The notes beneath the pieces are model-generated. The model saw only the letters and a list, made by a program, of their open reading frames with translations, ran no database searches and was not told the origin of the DNA. A stretch of DNA of 64,000 nucleotides from positions 7,626,001-7,690,000 of the forward strand of contig OX597840.1 of NCBI GenBank assembly GCA_951406725.2. Direction: 5' to 3'. Position numbers and translations under genes: made by a program. Every line of letters begins with the position of its first letter. Position 1 is the stretch's first letter. The stretch is from Octopus vulgaris. Lineage: Eukaryota. Shown here piece by piece: positions 14,250 through 26,990 of the stretch.

Positions 14250-14423
14250 TAATTTGTTTCTATATTATCCACAAGGGGACAAACAAGGACAGACAATCGG
14301 ATTAAGTCGATTACAACGACCCCCAGTGCGTAACTGGTACTTAATTTATCGACCCCGAAAGGACGAAAGGTAAAGACGACCTCGGCAGAATTTGAACTCA
14401 GAACGTAACGGCAGACGAAATAC

Positions 14424-14455
<32 letters not shown>

Positions 14456-14640
14456 TTGTTTCTATATTACCCACAAGGGGCTAAACACAGAGGGGACAAA
14501 CAAGGACAGACAAACGGATTAAGTCGATTACATCGATCCCCAGTGCGTAACTGGTACTTAATTTATCGACCCCGAAAGGATGAAAGGTAAAGAAGACCTC
14601 GGCGGAATTTGAACTCAGAACGTAACGGCAGACGAAATAA
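14250..14640 (-). mobile_element. SINE family B, two head-less copies separated by (TAA)n
   Basis: Same Meta-like body and tail as the other family B copies. Confidence 0.8.
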
Positions 14641-15599
14641 ATAATAATAATAGTAGTAGTAGTAGTAGTTGTAGTAATAATGGTTTCAAATTTTGCCACA
14701 AGGGCAGCAGTTTTGAGGAAAGGGTTAAGTCGATTATATCGACCCTCAGTGTATATCTGGTATTTATTTTGTCGACTCCGAAAGGATGAAAGGCAAAGTC
14801 CGACCTCAGCGGAATTAGTAATAGTAATAATAATGGTTTCAAATTTTGGGCAAACAGTTTTTGAGGAGAGGGGAAGATGATGATATCGACCTAGAAAGGA
14901 TGACAGGCAAAGGCAACGTGAGTGGAATTTGAACTCAGTACGTAAAAACAGATGAAATGCCGCTAAGCATTTTTCTCGGCGTGCTAACGATTCTGCCAGC
15001 TTGCTACCTTTGCCAGTGTTAATGATGAGGATGATTACCATTTCTTACATAAGTACAGGGTCAGAAATGTAGGGGGGAGGGGTTAGTCGATTATTATAGA
15101 TCCCATCGGTACAGAGAATGAATATTATATATATTATTAGATTATTGGCGAAGGTAAGGAATACGCACACCCGGTGTTACACCAAAAACGGGTGATGTGC
15201 ATATTCTTTACCTCTGCCAAATTATTTGTCCCAGCACTGGCAGCGAACCCTTACCTACTCCATGTGTATCATTAATTACCCCAAGACTCGATTGGTATGT
15301 ATTTCATCGACCCTGGGGCGGTGAAAGGCAAAGTTGACCTTGGCAGCGTTTGAACTCAAAACGTGAACGTCCCAAGAGATTCTGCTGGTCATTTTGTCCA
15401 GTGCTGTAACTTTCTGTCAGTTGATAGTCATCATCATGATTTAACGCCCATTTTTTCATGCTTGCTAGGATTAGACGGAATTTACTGAGGTGTGACTGGA
15501 CGCCCTTCCTGTTGCCAGCTCCGACCTGTTCCTTAGCCAAATAATATTTCCCGATGTCCAAACATGATTTTCAAAGAAGACTGGATATGAACAACACTG

Positions 15600-15995
15600 C
15601 TTGTGAAACCTGGATGTTATCAAAAAAGCTTGAGAGGTGGTTGGATGGAACCTACACTCGCCTCCTTATGAGAGCTCAAAATCTCTCGTGGAAGCCTCAT
15701 CCAACCAAAATGCAAATATATGGGAAACTACCACCTGTGTCATCTCTTGTGAAAGGTAGGAGAGTCCAGTTTGCTGGACATTGTTGTAGAGCTGAAAACG
15801 AGGCAATTTCTACTCTTCTCCTCTGGAAGCCATCTACTCGCAATACCAGAGGGCGCACACTCTCCTACCCTGATGTAATCTCCAGGGATACAGGCATCCA
15901 GCAACAGGACCTCTGTAATGCTATGATGGACTGTGAAGTCTGGCGTAGCATGGTAAATTCCATTGTCTCGACCACGGTCGAACAATGATGATGAT
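15600..15995 (-). mobile_element. 5'-truncated RTE-type LINE 3' fragment, coded on the + strand (see evidence)
   Basis: Correction on orientation: the element reads on the + strand. ETWMLSKKLERWLDGTYTRLLMRAQNLSW...RRVQFAGHCCR...SYPDVISRDTG...AMMDCEVWRSMV is a typical RTE post-RT C-terminus, ending in a (TGA)n tail. A second copy lies at 23930-24074. Confidence 0.8.
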
Positions 15996-16263
15996 GTTTG
16001 ACGTGATGTCTAGGCAAGGGTACATACATACACACACACATAACCAACAAGTTTCAATTTCCTTCTACCGATTCACTCACGGGGCTTTGGTTGGCCTGGG
16101 GCTATAACAGAGCACTTGCCCAACGCGCAGTGCAGTGGAACTGAACCTATGAACTCATAGTTAGGAAGCAAACTTCTTAACTATATAGCCACGCCTGCAC
16201 ACACACACATACACACACATACACACACATGCACATATGTATTCATGCATACACACACTTCTA

Positions 16264-16850
16264 GGAGGCACATGGCCTAGTGGTTAGAGCAGCAGACTCG
16301 CGGTCGAGGGGTCACGGGTTCGAATCTCAGACTGGGCGATGTGTGTGTTTATGAGCAAAACACCTAAGCTCCACGCGGGTCCGGCAGAAGGTAATGGCGA
16401 ACTTCTGCTGACTCTTTCGCCATAACTTTCTCTCACTTTTCCCTCCTGCATCTTGCAGTTCACCTGCAACTGACTGGCATCCCGTCCAGGTGGGGAACCT
16501 ATACGCCAAGAAACCGGGAAACCGGCCCTTATGAGCCAGAACAAGCAATAAATGGCTCAGTGGTTAGAGCAGTGGACTCGCGGTCGAGGGGTCACGGGTT
16601 CGAATCTCAGACTGGGCGATGTGTGTGTTTATGAGCAAAACACCTAAGCTCCACGCAGGTCCGGCAGAAGGTAATGGCGAACTTCTGCTGACTCTTTCGC
16701 CATAACTTTCTCTCTCACGCTTTCTTCCTGCATCTTGCAGCCCACCTGCGACGGACCGGCGTCCCGTCCAGGTGGGGAACCTATACGCCAAGGAAACCGG
16801 GAAACCGGCCCTTATGAGCCAGGCATGGCTCGAGACGGAACAAACATCAT
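16264..16850 (+). mobile_element. SINE family C (tRNA-Arg-like head, resembling octopus OR SINEs), two tandem copies
   Basis: GGAGGCACATGGCCTAGTGGTTAGAGCAGCAGACTCGCGG...GGTTCGAATCTC head with A/B boxes, repeated at 16264 and ~16552. Other copies at 17020, 45470, 54038(-), 60845 and 62855(-). Confidence 0.8.
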
Positions 16851-17494
16851 TATTATTATTTTTATCATTATCAAATATGGCAAGCTGGCAGAATTGTTAA
16901 AATGCATAGCAGTATCTCATCTGTTCTTACGTTCTGAGTTCTAATTCCACTGAGGTCAGCTTTGCCTTTCATCCTTTTGCGGTCAATAAAATAAGTATCA
17001 GTGGTGCACTGGGGTTGAAACTTTCTCTCACGCTTTCTTCCTGCATCTTGCAGCCCACCTGCGACGGACCGGCGTCCCGTCCAGGTGGGGAACCTATACG
17101 CCAAGGAAACCGGGAAACTGGCCCTATGAGCCAAACATGGCTCGAGAAGGAACAAAAAAACAAATACACTTCTGAAGGCACGTGGCTTAGTGGTAACGAT
17201 GATGCACTTAGGATTACGAAATTGTGGTTTCAATTCCCAGACTGGTAGTTCATTGTGTCTTTGAGCCAAATGCTTTGTTTCATGTTCCTTCAGTTCACAG
17301 AGCTGTAAACAGGTAAGCCCTGTGACAGACTAACGACTAACCGCCTCCTGTTCAGAGGGAATATTGGTCTGCCTACCTAAGCCAGTGGGATGGCATCATT
17401 TAAAAGCTGCAACAACGTAAGGAAGTGCACTGTGACAGGCAGTGTATAACAACATCCGGTAGTTTGGTCGAAATAGTGATATACTCTTTATTCT

Positions 17495-17899
17495 CTCTTT
17501 TACTCTTTTACTTGTTTCAGTCATTTGACTGCGGCCATGCTGGAGCACCGCCTTTTAATCGAGCAACTCGACCCCGGGACTTATTCTTTTGTAAGCCCAG
17601 TACTTATTCTATCGGTCTCTTTTTGCCGAACCGCTAAGTAACGGGGACATAAACACACCAGCATTGGTTGTCAAGCAATGCTAGGGGGACAAACACAGAC
17701 ACACAAACACACACACACACATATATATATATACATATATACGACAAACTTCTTTCAGTTTCCGTCTACCAAATCCACTCACAAGGCTTTGGTTGGCTCG
17801 AGGCTATAGTAGAAGACACTTGCCCAAGATGCTACGCAGTCGGACTGAACCCGGGACCATGTGGTTGGTAAACAAGCTACTTACCACACAGCCACTCCT
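17495..17899 (-). mobile_element. SINE family A, near full length
   Basis: Reverse complement of the 304-692 element. Confidence 0.85.
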
Positions 17900-18149
17900 A
17901 CGCTATTTTTTTCTTCTTGTATTGTCACAAGGGGTGGCTGGTTTGGGGACAATACTGGAACAGGCTACGAAAGGGGGTTGACACTGAAATCAAACAAATG
18001 AGAAGAAAAAATTGCCATACACACGGTTGCCTTAGAGAGACAGAAAAATGGATGACCAGCCCCTAAAATCACATAGCCAAGTTAAGTGCCCTTTCCCAGC
18101 TCTAATTTCTCATCCTGGGAGTTAACTTATTCCCTCATGTGATCCTCAA

Positions 18150-18670
18150 CGCTCTCGTTCACCTTTCAATACCTTCCTCTCTCTGTTCACCTTCCTTTCT
18201 CTGTTCACCTTCCTTTTTCTGTTCACCTTCATTCCCCTGTTCACTTTCATTTCCATGTTCACCTTCCTCTCTCTGTTCACCTTCTTCTCCCAGTTCACTT
18301 CCCTTTCCCAGTTCACCTTTCCTTCCCGCTTCACCTTCTTCTCTGTCTCTCTTCATCTTCCTCTCTCTCTGTTCACATTCCTCTCTTTCTGTTCACCTTT
18401 TTCTCCCAGTTCACCTTCCTCTCCCCATTCGCTCTCCTTTCCCAAGCATCCTTTCCCACTTCAGCTTCCTCTTCATGTTCACCTTCTCTCTGTTCACCTT
18501 CCTCTCTCTCTCTTCACCTTCCTCTGTCTCTGTTCATTTTCCTCTCTCTGTATTCACATTCCTCTCTCTCTGTTCACATTCCTCTCTCTCTGTTCACATT
18601 CCTCTCTTTCTGTTCACATTCCTGTCTCTCTGTTTACCTTCCTCTCCTGGTTCACCTTCCTCTCCAATTG
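18150..18670. repeat. CT-rich ~18-bp minisatellite
   Basis: Recurring CTCTCTCTGTTCACCTTC / CTGTTCACATTC units. Confidence 0.85.
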
Positions 18671-19772
18671 GGATCTGCAAATGTTGATGGTAAACTTGGC
18701 TATGTGGTTAAGAAGCTCACTTTGCAACCATGCAACCTTTTGGTTCAGTCCTACTGCTTGGCATCTCGAGCATATGTCTACTCCTATAACCCCTGGCCAA
18801 CCAATGCCTTGTGAGTGGATTTGGCAGATGGACACAGTGTGGAAACCCACTTTGTGCACACATGTATATATATGTGTGTGTGACCAGGAATTGCAGATGG
18901 CTGTAGTAAAAGTGTTTGTGAGGTGGTCAGAGCTGAAAGGACTGAGAACAGACATCTTTCCCCTCAGTCAATCTCCTTTTATTTTATTTTACTTGTTTCA
19001 GTTTTTGCACTATGGCCCATGCTGGAGTACCACCTTGAAGGGTTTAGTTGAAGAAATCAACTACAGTACTAACTTTTTTTTTCTAAGTTTGGTATTTTTT
19101 TCTGTTGGTCTATTTTGCTGAACCGCTAAGTTATGGGTAAGTAAACAAACCAACATTGGGAAGGGGACAAACACACACATAGCTATCTGCTATTCTACTC
19201 AAAATTTCAACACCCTTAACTATGGAAAGCAGTTTTATACACCAATCTGTCTTTCACTGTGGAATGTCGTGTTTGGAACTATTTTTCTGTTGCGATATGT
19301 CAAGTTTATTGATTGAAGCAATGTAACTTGCAGAAAATGCTGATTCTAGATTTATCTAACAAAAAATAGAATTGGTGTCTATCAGTCATGTTATTCCATC
19401 ATTGCACGAATCATCATCATTGTTTAAGGTCCGTTTTCTGTGCTAGCACGGGTTGGACGGTTCGACCGGCACAGAGGCCAGTTGAGGCGGCGCTGGCAAT
19501 GGCCACATTTGGATGGTGCTTTTTACGTGCCACCGGCACAGGGATCCCAACTACAATTTCCATTTGATATTTATTTTGATGTTGATGTACTTGATTCAAT
19601 AAGTCTCCTCAAGCACAGCAGGTCATGTGCCACCGGCACATGGTCCTAGGTTCAGTTCCACCATGTGGTCTTGGGCAAGTGTCTTCTACTGTGTAGCCCC
19701 AGCCTGACCAAAGCCTTGTGAGCGGATTTGATAGATGGAAACTGAAAGAAGCCTATTATGTGTGTGTGAATG

Positions 19773-19807
<35 letters not shown>

Positions 19808-20666
19808 TTGTTTGTCTTTGTCCTTCACCACTGCTTGATAGTCGGTGTTGGTTTGTTTCTGTCCCTGTAAATTAGCAGTCCCACATAAGAGACCAACAGA
19901 ATAAACACCAGGCTTAAAATATATATATAAAAAAAAGGTATGGAGTTGATTTCTTTGTCTCTTAGCTGACCTTCATTTGGTTATTATCATTCGAATGGTG
20001 AAGTTAGCCAGACCCAAATCCAGGTAAAAGAGCGGGGTTAAGTTAGGGGCAGCAGCCGCTTACGACAACATCTGAAGAAACTGAAGAAAATCTATTAATT
20101 AAACCCTTCAAGGCAATGCTCCAGCATGGCTGCTGTCCAATGATTGAAACCAGTAAAAGATAAAAGATATTGAGTACCTCAAAGAACATTATCTGCTGTT
20201 CTTTTCCTTATTCAGGACAGCTGGTTTGAGAAGGATTTCACTGCTATTTTTAGCATGCCATGTGACCTTGTGTAAGCTTCGTTACTTTCTCATATTTCCC
20301 TCCAAATGCGGGTGTCTTTATTAGCAATCCTGGCCTAATTATAAAATACTTTAATTACCAAAGGATTTGGATTATACTTGTTTAGCTGTAGCTCAGCTGT
20401 GATTAAGCAATACAGCAATCAAAGAGAATCCAACCATGACCTCCCTATCATTTTTTAAACATTCAGCCATTGTTTTTCAAGAGCTAATATCTAATGTGTC
20501 CTTCCTTTTCTATTTTCTCTGAAACAACGAGGGATGATTTTGAGGGAGATTTAGCTACTATTTCTAGCAAACCAGCAGAGGTGCATTTGTTACCTTGTGA
20601 TTTTTCTTTTTTAGTGGAGGATAATCTGGGATTGAACTGTAAATATATATGGGGTTGATTCATATA

Positions 20667-20831
20667 GGCGCAGGAGTGGCTGTGTGGTAAGCAGCTTGCT
20701 AACCAGCCACATGGTTCCGGGTTCAGTCCCACTGCGTGGCATCTTAGACAAGTGTCTTCTGCCATAGCCTCGGGCCGACCAAAGCCTTGTGAGTGGATTT
20801 GGTAGACAGAAACTGAAAGAAGCCTGTCGTA

Positions 20832-20888
<57 letters not shown>

Positions 20889-20957
20889 GTATGTGTATGT
20901 ATATGTTTGTGTGTCTGTGTTTGTCCCTCTAGCATTGCTTGACAACCAATGCTGGTT
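20667..20957 (+). mobile_element. SINE family A, 3'-truncated
   Basis: Head and internal microsatellite match family A; similarity stops after GACAACCAATGCTGG. Confidence 0.85.
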
Positions 20958-21711
20958 GTCATGAATGACCTTAGGATTGCATTTAGAAAGTCCAGGCAAG
21001 GTTGTTTGTGAAAGACCAACAGATGCACATGCATGCCAGCCTCCTCTCTCTCTATGCCACCGATGTTATCTGAGGGAAAGGCAAAGGCTGATACAGCTTG
21101 GCACCAGTGACGTCACAACTCCTTTCTACAGCTGAGTGAGCTGAAGTAACATGAAATAACGTGTCTTGTTCAAGAACACAACGGGTAGCCCGGTTCGGGA
21201 TTCAAACTCACTACATCATGACTGTGAGCCCATTGCTCTAACTACTGAGCCATGCACCTTCACTGTTTCCAAGGTAATATTTCCCAATGGTTGAACATAT
21301 TTTTCACAGAAAACCGCAAACGAATGACACTGCTTGAATGATAGTGATGCCCATTTTATAACTATTGTACAATATCAAGACAAGGAGGCACAAAACATTC
21401 ACACACATATCATCATCATCATTTAGCGTTCACTTTTACAAAAGTTCTTGAAGCAAATTTTCTACAGTCGGATGCTCTTCCTGTCACTAACCCTTACCTG
21501 TCTCTGAACAATGTAATAATTTCTCACAGCAAGATATGTTTTTCATTGGAGAATAGAAACGAATAAGGGAGACTTGATTGCTATTTCTGGCACATCAAAC
21601 AGCTGTTTAGAGGATCTTTCATTGATTTAAATAGACTTAGAAGTAATGTGGACATAATAATAATGTTTGTCTGTTGTTGATCATGACCAAGGACATTACA
21701 TGGGAGAAGAT

Positions 21712-22010
21712 GATGGGTCATGGTGTGTCCATTTGTGGCCAATCAGTCCAATGAATGCTTGGAAGGCTCTGGTGGTCTGCAGGGAATGAAGGCAAAAAGT
21801 TGGCTCTGGACTTGCGCAGTTCACATTTTCTTTGTTCTTGCAATCCCGTTCTTTTTGTAGGGGGTAGCACCTCTGTTGGTGCAGCTATGCCAGGCAGGGT
21901 GGTCCTGTGCTTATGGATACAGAATGTAAGCGAATATATGTCTGGGGCTAGCACTGTATTTGGTGTTCTAACAAAACATCAAGTTGAATATGCATGTTGC
22001 CTGCAGGTTT
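21712..22010 (-). mobile_element. Degenerate RTE (BovB-like) LINE 3' end
   Basis: Minus-strand translation ...GLQEQRKCELRKSRAN... followed by a decayed zinc-finger-like tail; frameshifted. Confidence 0.55.
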
Positions 22011-22950
22011 TAGTCCTGCTTCTGTTGCTAATAATTATTTTTTAAATTGGGATCGGGTTTTTGTTTAGTCTATGTCTACCTTGATCAAAGAGATTTATGA
22101 ACAAAGATGTTCCATCTTTGACCATCCGTCAAACATATTGTGCTTGGGATTAACTATTTTATCCACTGTATCTCACGTTTTTGAAGTGGTATGATGTGAT
22201 TTGAAAGAGATTTGACTGCTGTTTCTAGCAGGTCAACTACATAGAACAGGTATGGGCAATCTTTCTGGACAAGTGGGCCACACAGACCATGGTTCATCAT
22301 CAGGTGGGCTGCACTAGTAAAAAAAGAAGATTCCAGGTAATTTTTCAATAGACATGTCATTCAGAAAGTTCCATGGGCTGCCAGTTGTCCATGATTGACG
22401 TGGAAGCACCTTGCATTTGTGTTTGTGCCGTGGACAGAACAGTTCTCACTTGCTTCCTCCTGCTCCATCACTGTCATTACCTAGTCCTGAGAGAACCTCT
22501 ATGTGGTAGCTCAACCTGCTAGAAATAGCAACAAAATCTCTTTTGAATCACAACCCATACTCTTACATTCAAAGAAGAACATTGATGTAGTCCAAGTTAT
22601 CTCTAAGAAAAATAGAAAAAAAGGCAGGGTGGCCACTGCTGAATGTCTTTGATCATAGGTCAGTTCTTAAGGAGCAGAATAATGATCAATACAGTTCCAG
22701 CGATAACCATTCCTTTTAGAATACCAGGAATTACATTTTATGAAGCATCCCTTCTTTTTCTGAAATTACAAGAGTGTGATGTAATTTGAGAGGTATTTGG
22801 CTGCTATTTCTAGCAGGCTGAATGACCACTAAGAGAGATAATTGATGTGGCTTCTAGTGTTAAGTTCAATCTTTGTTACAGAAAAGGGCTGTGGTCTGTG
22901 ATTGACCAGTGTCTTGTCTAATATAATCCATATTTTTGTTGAAATATTCA

Positions 22951-23345
22951 AGACGCAGGAGTGGATGTGTGGTAAGTAGCTTGCTTACGAACCACATGGT
23001 TCCGGGTTCAGTCCCACTGCGTGGCACCTTGGGCAAGTATCTTCTACTATAGCCTCAGGCTGACCAAAGCCTTGTGAGTGGATTTGGTAGACAGAAACTG
23101 AAAGAAGCCTATTGTATATATGTATGTGTGTGTATGTGTTTGTGTGTCTGTGTTTGTCCCCCTAGCATTGCTTGACAACCGATGGTGGTGTGTTTACGTC
23201 CCCGTAACTTAACGGTCCGGCAAAAGTGACCGATAAAATAAGTACTAGGCTTACAAAGAATAAGTCCTGGAGTCAATTTACTCGACTAAAGGCGGTGCTC
23301 CAGCATGGCCACAGTCAAATGACTGAAACAAGTAAAAGGGTAAAG
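22951..23345 (+). mobile_element. SINE family A, full length
   Basis: Matches 304-692 end to end. Confidence 0.88.
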
Positions 23346-23929
23346 AGAGACTTTGAGTTAATTTTGGAAATTATGAAGAATTTCTTAAAATAAGTTTGTC
23401 ATTTTTAAGCTGGTGTTTGGAACATAGGCATGGCTGTGTGGTAAGAAGTTTGCTTCCCAACCACATGGTTCTGGGTTCAGTCCTACTGTATGGCACTTTG
23501 GGCAAGTATCTTCTACAATATCCTCATGCCTTGTGATTGGATTTGGTAGATGGAAATTGAAAGAAGCCTTTTCTGTGTATGTGTATATATGGAGGCACAC
23601 CCATGACAATTTCCATTGAAACTGTGCAGTCCTGTGTTCTTGCTTCACTCATGGGGCAGTTATCTACCCTGTCATTATATATAAGTGTGCTTTTTCATAG
23701 CTATAAGTGGTTTATCTGTTATTTCTAGCAATATATATATACTTGTAGCATATACTATCACAATTAGTGACAACTAAATTTTGCCTATACAATTTATATT
23801 GTGCCCAGCTGCCCCAGATGAAATACCGGTAAGTATTTCGCCTGGTGTGCTCACATTTCTGCCAACCACAGTACCTTTTTGCACTTGGTCCTCAAGCAAC
23901 AAGTGACCATTCCTACCCTGTGACCATTC

Positions 23930-24074
23930 ACACACTCTCCTACCCTGATGTAATCTCCAGGGATACAGGCATCCAGCTACCGGACCTCCGTAATGCTATG
24001 ATGGACCGTGAAGTCTGGCGTAGCATGGTAAATTCCATTGTCTCGACCACGGTTGAACAATGATGATGATGATG
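23930..24074 (+). mobile_element. Short 3' fragment of the same RTE-type LINE as 15600-15995
   Basis: Near identity (TLSYPDVISRDTGIQ...VSTTVEQ*) plus (TGA)n tail. Confidence 0.85.
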
Positions 24075-24412
24075 ACCGTTCCTAAAGCATGAAAACCACT
24101 CATAAGCTTGTGTTTTGCTCAGGGCAGTGTCCTTGTAAGCTCTTTGAAGCATGACAAATGTTTCAGCAGCAGAAAACCGAATTTCATGGAAGATTGCTGT
24201 TCCTTTGTTTCAGCCCCCTTCAAAAATCGATGAACAGGGGAGAAGCACTGCAAAACAATGATGTACCACATGACAGTATCACTACATGCAACGATGCCAG
24301 TTGCAGACTGATGCCTGAGGGTTGCATCAAGTGGCTTCTAGTGGTGGAAGTCTGAAATACAACTGGCTTGCCCCACAGAGAACATTGCCGATTACTTTTC
24401 AGTACCCCCTCG
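24075..24412 (-). mobile_element. Truncated mariner transposon (one TIR plus transposase N-terminal HTH)
   Basis: Minus strand begins TA|CGAGGGGGTACTGAAAAGT (mariner-type TIR) and encodes ...MLQRAYKDTALSKTQAYEWFSCFRNG, then is cut by the adjacent RTE fragment. Confidence 0.8.
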
Positions 24413-24509
24413 TATGTTCCAATTTTGGTGTGGTTTCTGCACTCAGATGGCCTTCCTGTTGTGAACTACTTTCTTGTGTATACATGTCATATTGTGTATA
24501 ATGTGGGTG

Positions 24510-24740
24510 TCATCATCATCATCTTCGTTTAGCATCCGCTTTCCATACTAGCATGGGTTGGACGGTTCAACTGGGGTCTGTGAAGCCAGGAGGCTGCACC
24601 AGGCCCAGTCTGATCTGGCAATGTTTCTATGGCTGGATGCCCTTCCTAATGCCAACCACTCCATGAGTGTAGTGGGTGCTTTTTACGTGCCAGACGAGGC
24701 TGGCAAACGGCTACGATCGGATGGTGCTTTTTACGTGCTA
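24510..24740 (-). mobile_element. SINE-like family D ((GAT)n tail; GGAAGGGCATCCAGCCGTAGAAAC core)
   Basis: Same family at 19410, 26600, 27393, 48920(+), 55555, 56910 and 62655. Confidence 0.75.
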
Positions 24741-24980
24741 CAGGGATAATATTATCCAGGTGTATACTTTGGTAGTTCTCAGGTATATTCCAGGTTATAG
24801 CAAACTGCATCAAGTAGTACTAAGTACCACTGATCACTAAGTATTAGCAATCTTGCTGTAATTCTTCTGATAGAAAACCCAGGGTTTACTTCCCTGGATT
24901 ATGAATATTATCAAGTGTATGTTTCGTTTTTGGATTTGGTTTGCAAGATTCTTCATATGAGTTCGTGTTTTGAAACATAC

Positions 24981-25167
24981 TCTGTTGTGTCTGGAGAGAG
25001 TCATTTTCTTCTTGTGCCTTATAATGTAACACACTCACTGGTAAAATTTCTACAAGAGGCAACGAAAATTTTAGGAAATAAAAATAAGAAATAAGTGTAT
25101 ATTTTACCGGTGAGTGTGTTACATTATAAGGCACAAAAAGAAAATGACCCTCCCCAGACACAACAGA
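24981..25167. repeat. Palindromic MITE-like inverted repeat (~67-bp arms)
   Basis: 24981-25047 is the reverse complement of 25101-25167 with few mismatches. Confidence 0.85.
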
Positions 25168-25326
25168 ATCGAGTGTATGGATTTCAAACAATCAAAGAAT
25201 ATGGAGACAGGTACATCAAAGTTTTTTCTTTTAATTTTGTGGTTGGTCATACACAATAATTATCTGGTTATATTATTATGGCTGCCCCCTCGTTATCGAG
25301 TATGGCCATTGCACGAAGCTTAACTG

Positions 25327-25960
25327 TTATTGGTGCTGTGATCGAATGTGACTTTTTAGCTCGGCTAAAGATCTACAATGTCTTGTACAGAATTGGCAAC
25401 TAAAACCTTTACTGGTAATAGCCGGCTGTAGTTGTAACTGGGCTTCATGTACCTTTGCATGTCGTTTAACCCTTTTGTTACCAATCCGCCTGAAACCGCC
25501 TCTGGTTTTGTAGTAGAAATGTCTTGTTTTCAAAAGTTCTGAATTAAAATTTTCCATCAAACCTTAGTCACAATTTGTTCCTAACATTAGCTTAATGATA
25601 ACTAAGTTATTTTAATAAATTCATTGTTATATTTAAAATTAATTGAAGGAAACTGAGAGCATCTCCACAGAAATATGGTAACAAAAGGGTTAAGTCCTCC
25701 TGCCGAATTACACTCTCTTCCACATGCCCGACAGATATGATTAGTATGGTGTATAACACCATCACCGGTGGCCAGGTTGTCACTCATCTGTCTCGCTTTA
25801 TGACTACAAAGATGACTCTTGAGTTCAGCTTTACTGAGGCAGGGTCTTGCACAGACATTGCATGTCAGCTTTATAGGAAGACCCTTCCCATCTGGAAGTG
25901 TAACAGCGATGCCCTTCTTGACATCCCTCCTTACTTTCTCGTGTGCAACTCGAGATTTCT
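25327..25960 (-). mobile_element. LINE (RTE-like) ORF C-terminus with three C2H2 zinc fingers, interrupted by a piggyBac MITE
   Basis: EKSRVAHEKVRRDVKKG...CNVCARPCLSKAELKSHLCSH...CRACGRECNSAGGL|KRHAKVH...CQFCTRHCRSLAELKSHIRSQHQ*; the frame is restored by excising 25470-25689 plus one TTAA. Confidence 0.75.
25470..25689. mobile_element. piggyBac-family MITE
   Basis: TTAA|CCCTTTTGTTACCA ... TGGTAACAAAAGGG|TTAA: perfect 14-bp TIRs and a TTAA TSD. Confidence 0.93.
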
Positions 25961-26268
25961 CATACATACATACATACATACATACATACATACATACATT
26001 TATACATACACATACATACGTACGTACATACATACATGCATACATACATGCATGCATACATACATACATATATACATACACACACACATACATACATACA
26101 TACATACATACATTTATACATACACATACATACATACGTACGTACATACATGCACATGCATGCATACATACATGCATGCATACATACATGCATGCATACA
26201 TACATGCATGCATACATATGTACATACATACATACATATATGCATGCATACATACATACATACATATA

Positions 26269-26441
26269 CAAGGTGGTGCTGAAAAGTTCATAGCTTTAAG
26301 GGTATCATGAAGGGCCTTGTTGGATGCCCAACCTTCCAAGTTCTTTTGCAGGGTTTTGAAAAACTGAAGGACTGCTACAACAAGTGTGTGAATCTGAGAG
26401 GGGAATATGTTGATTAAAATCATAATTAACTGATCCTCCCG
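26269..26441 (+). mobile_element. Small mariner-derived element
   Basis: Starts TA|CAAGGTGGTGCTGAAAAGTT and retains a transposase C-terminal remnant (KLKDCYNKCVNLRGEYVD*). Confidence 0.7.
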
Positions 26442-26599
26442 TATATATACATACACATGCATGTTTATATATACATGTATAATGCCAGCTGCTTTTTTCT
26501 TATTCTGGATAATGCTATCAAACTGTTATTGTTATCAGAATTAGTGGGTCCCCGACATAGCCTGGATATTATTATAGTGTAATGTTATCAGCTTGTCAT

Positions 26600-26990
26600 T
26601 CATCATCATCATCATCATTTAGCGTCCGCTTTCCATGCTAGCATGGGTTGGACGGTTCAACTGGGGTCTGGGAAGCCAGAAGGCTGCAACAGGCCCAGTC
26701 TGATCTGGCAATGTTTCTACAGCTGGATGCCCTTCCTAACACCAACCACTCCGCGAGTGTAGTGGGTGCATTTTACGTGCCACCTGCACAGGTGCCAGAC
26801 GAGGCTGGCAAATGGCCATGATTGGATCGTGCACTTTACGTGCCACCGGCATGGAGGCCAGTCGGGGCGGCGCTGGCAACGGCCACATTTGGATGGTTCT
26901 CTTACGCGCCATCAGCACTGGTATCACAGCTACAATTTCCATTGATGTTGATCGATTTTGATTTTCATTTTCACTTGCCTCAACAGGTCT
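26600..26990 (-). mobile_element. SINE-like family D
   Basis: (CAT)n then TTTAGCGTCCGCTTTCCATGCTAGCATGGG...GGATGCCCTTCC... on the + strand. Confidence 0.75.

Noticed and set aside
16264-16340. tRNA-Arg gene
   Set aside because: The tRNA-like head continues into a SINE body; no proper acceptor stem or terminator.
18139-19121. Long S/P/L/F-rich ORFs
   Set aside because: An 18-bp minisatellite running into SINE relics.
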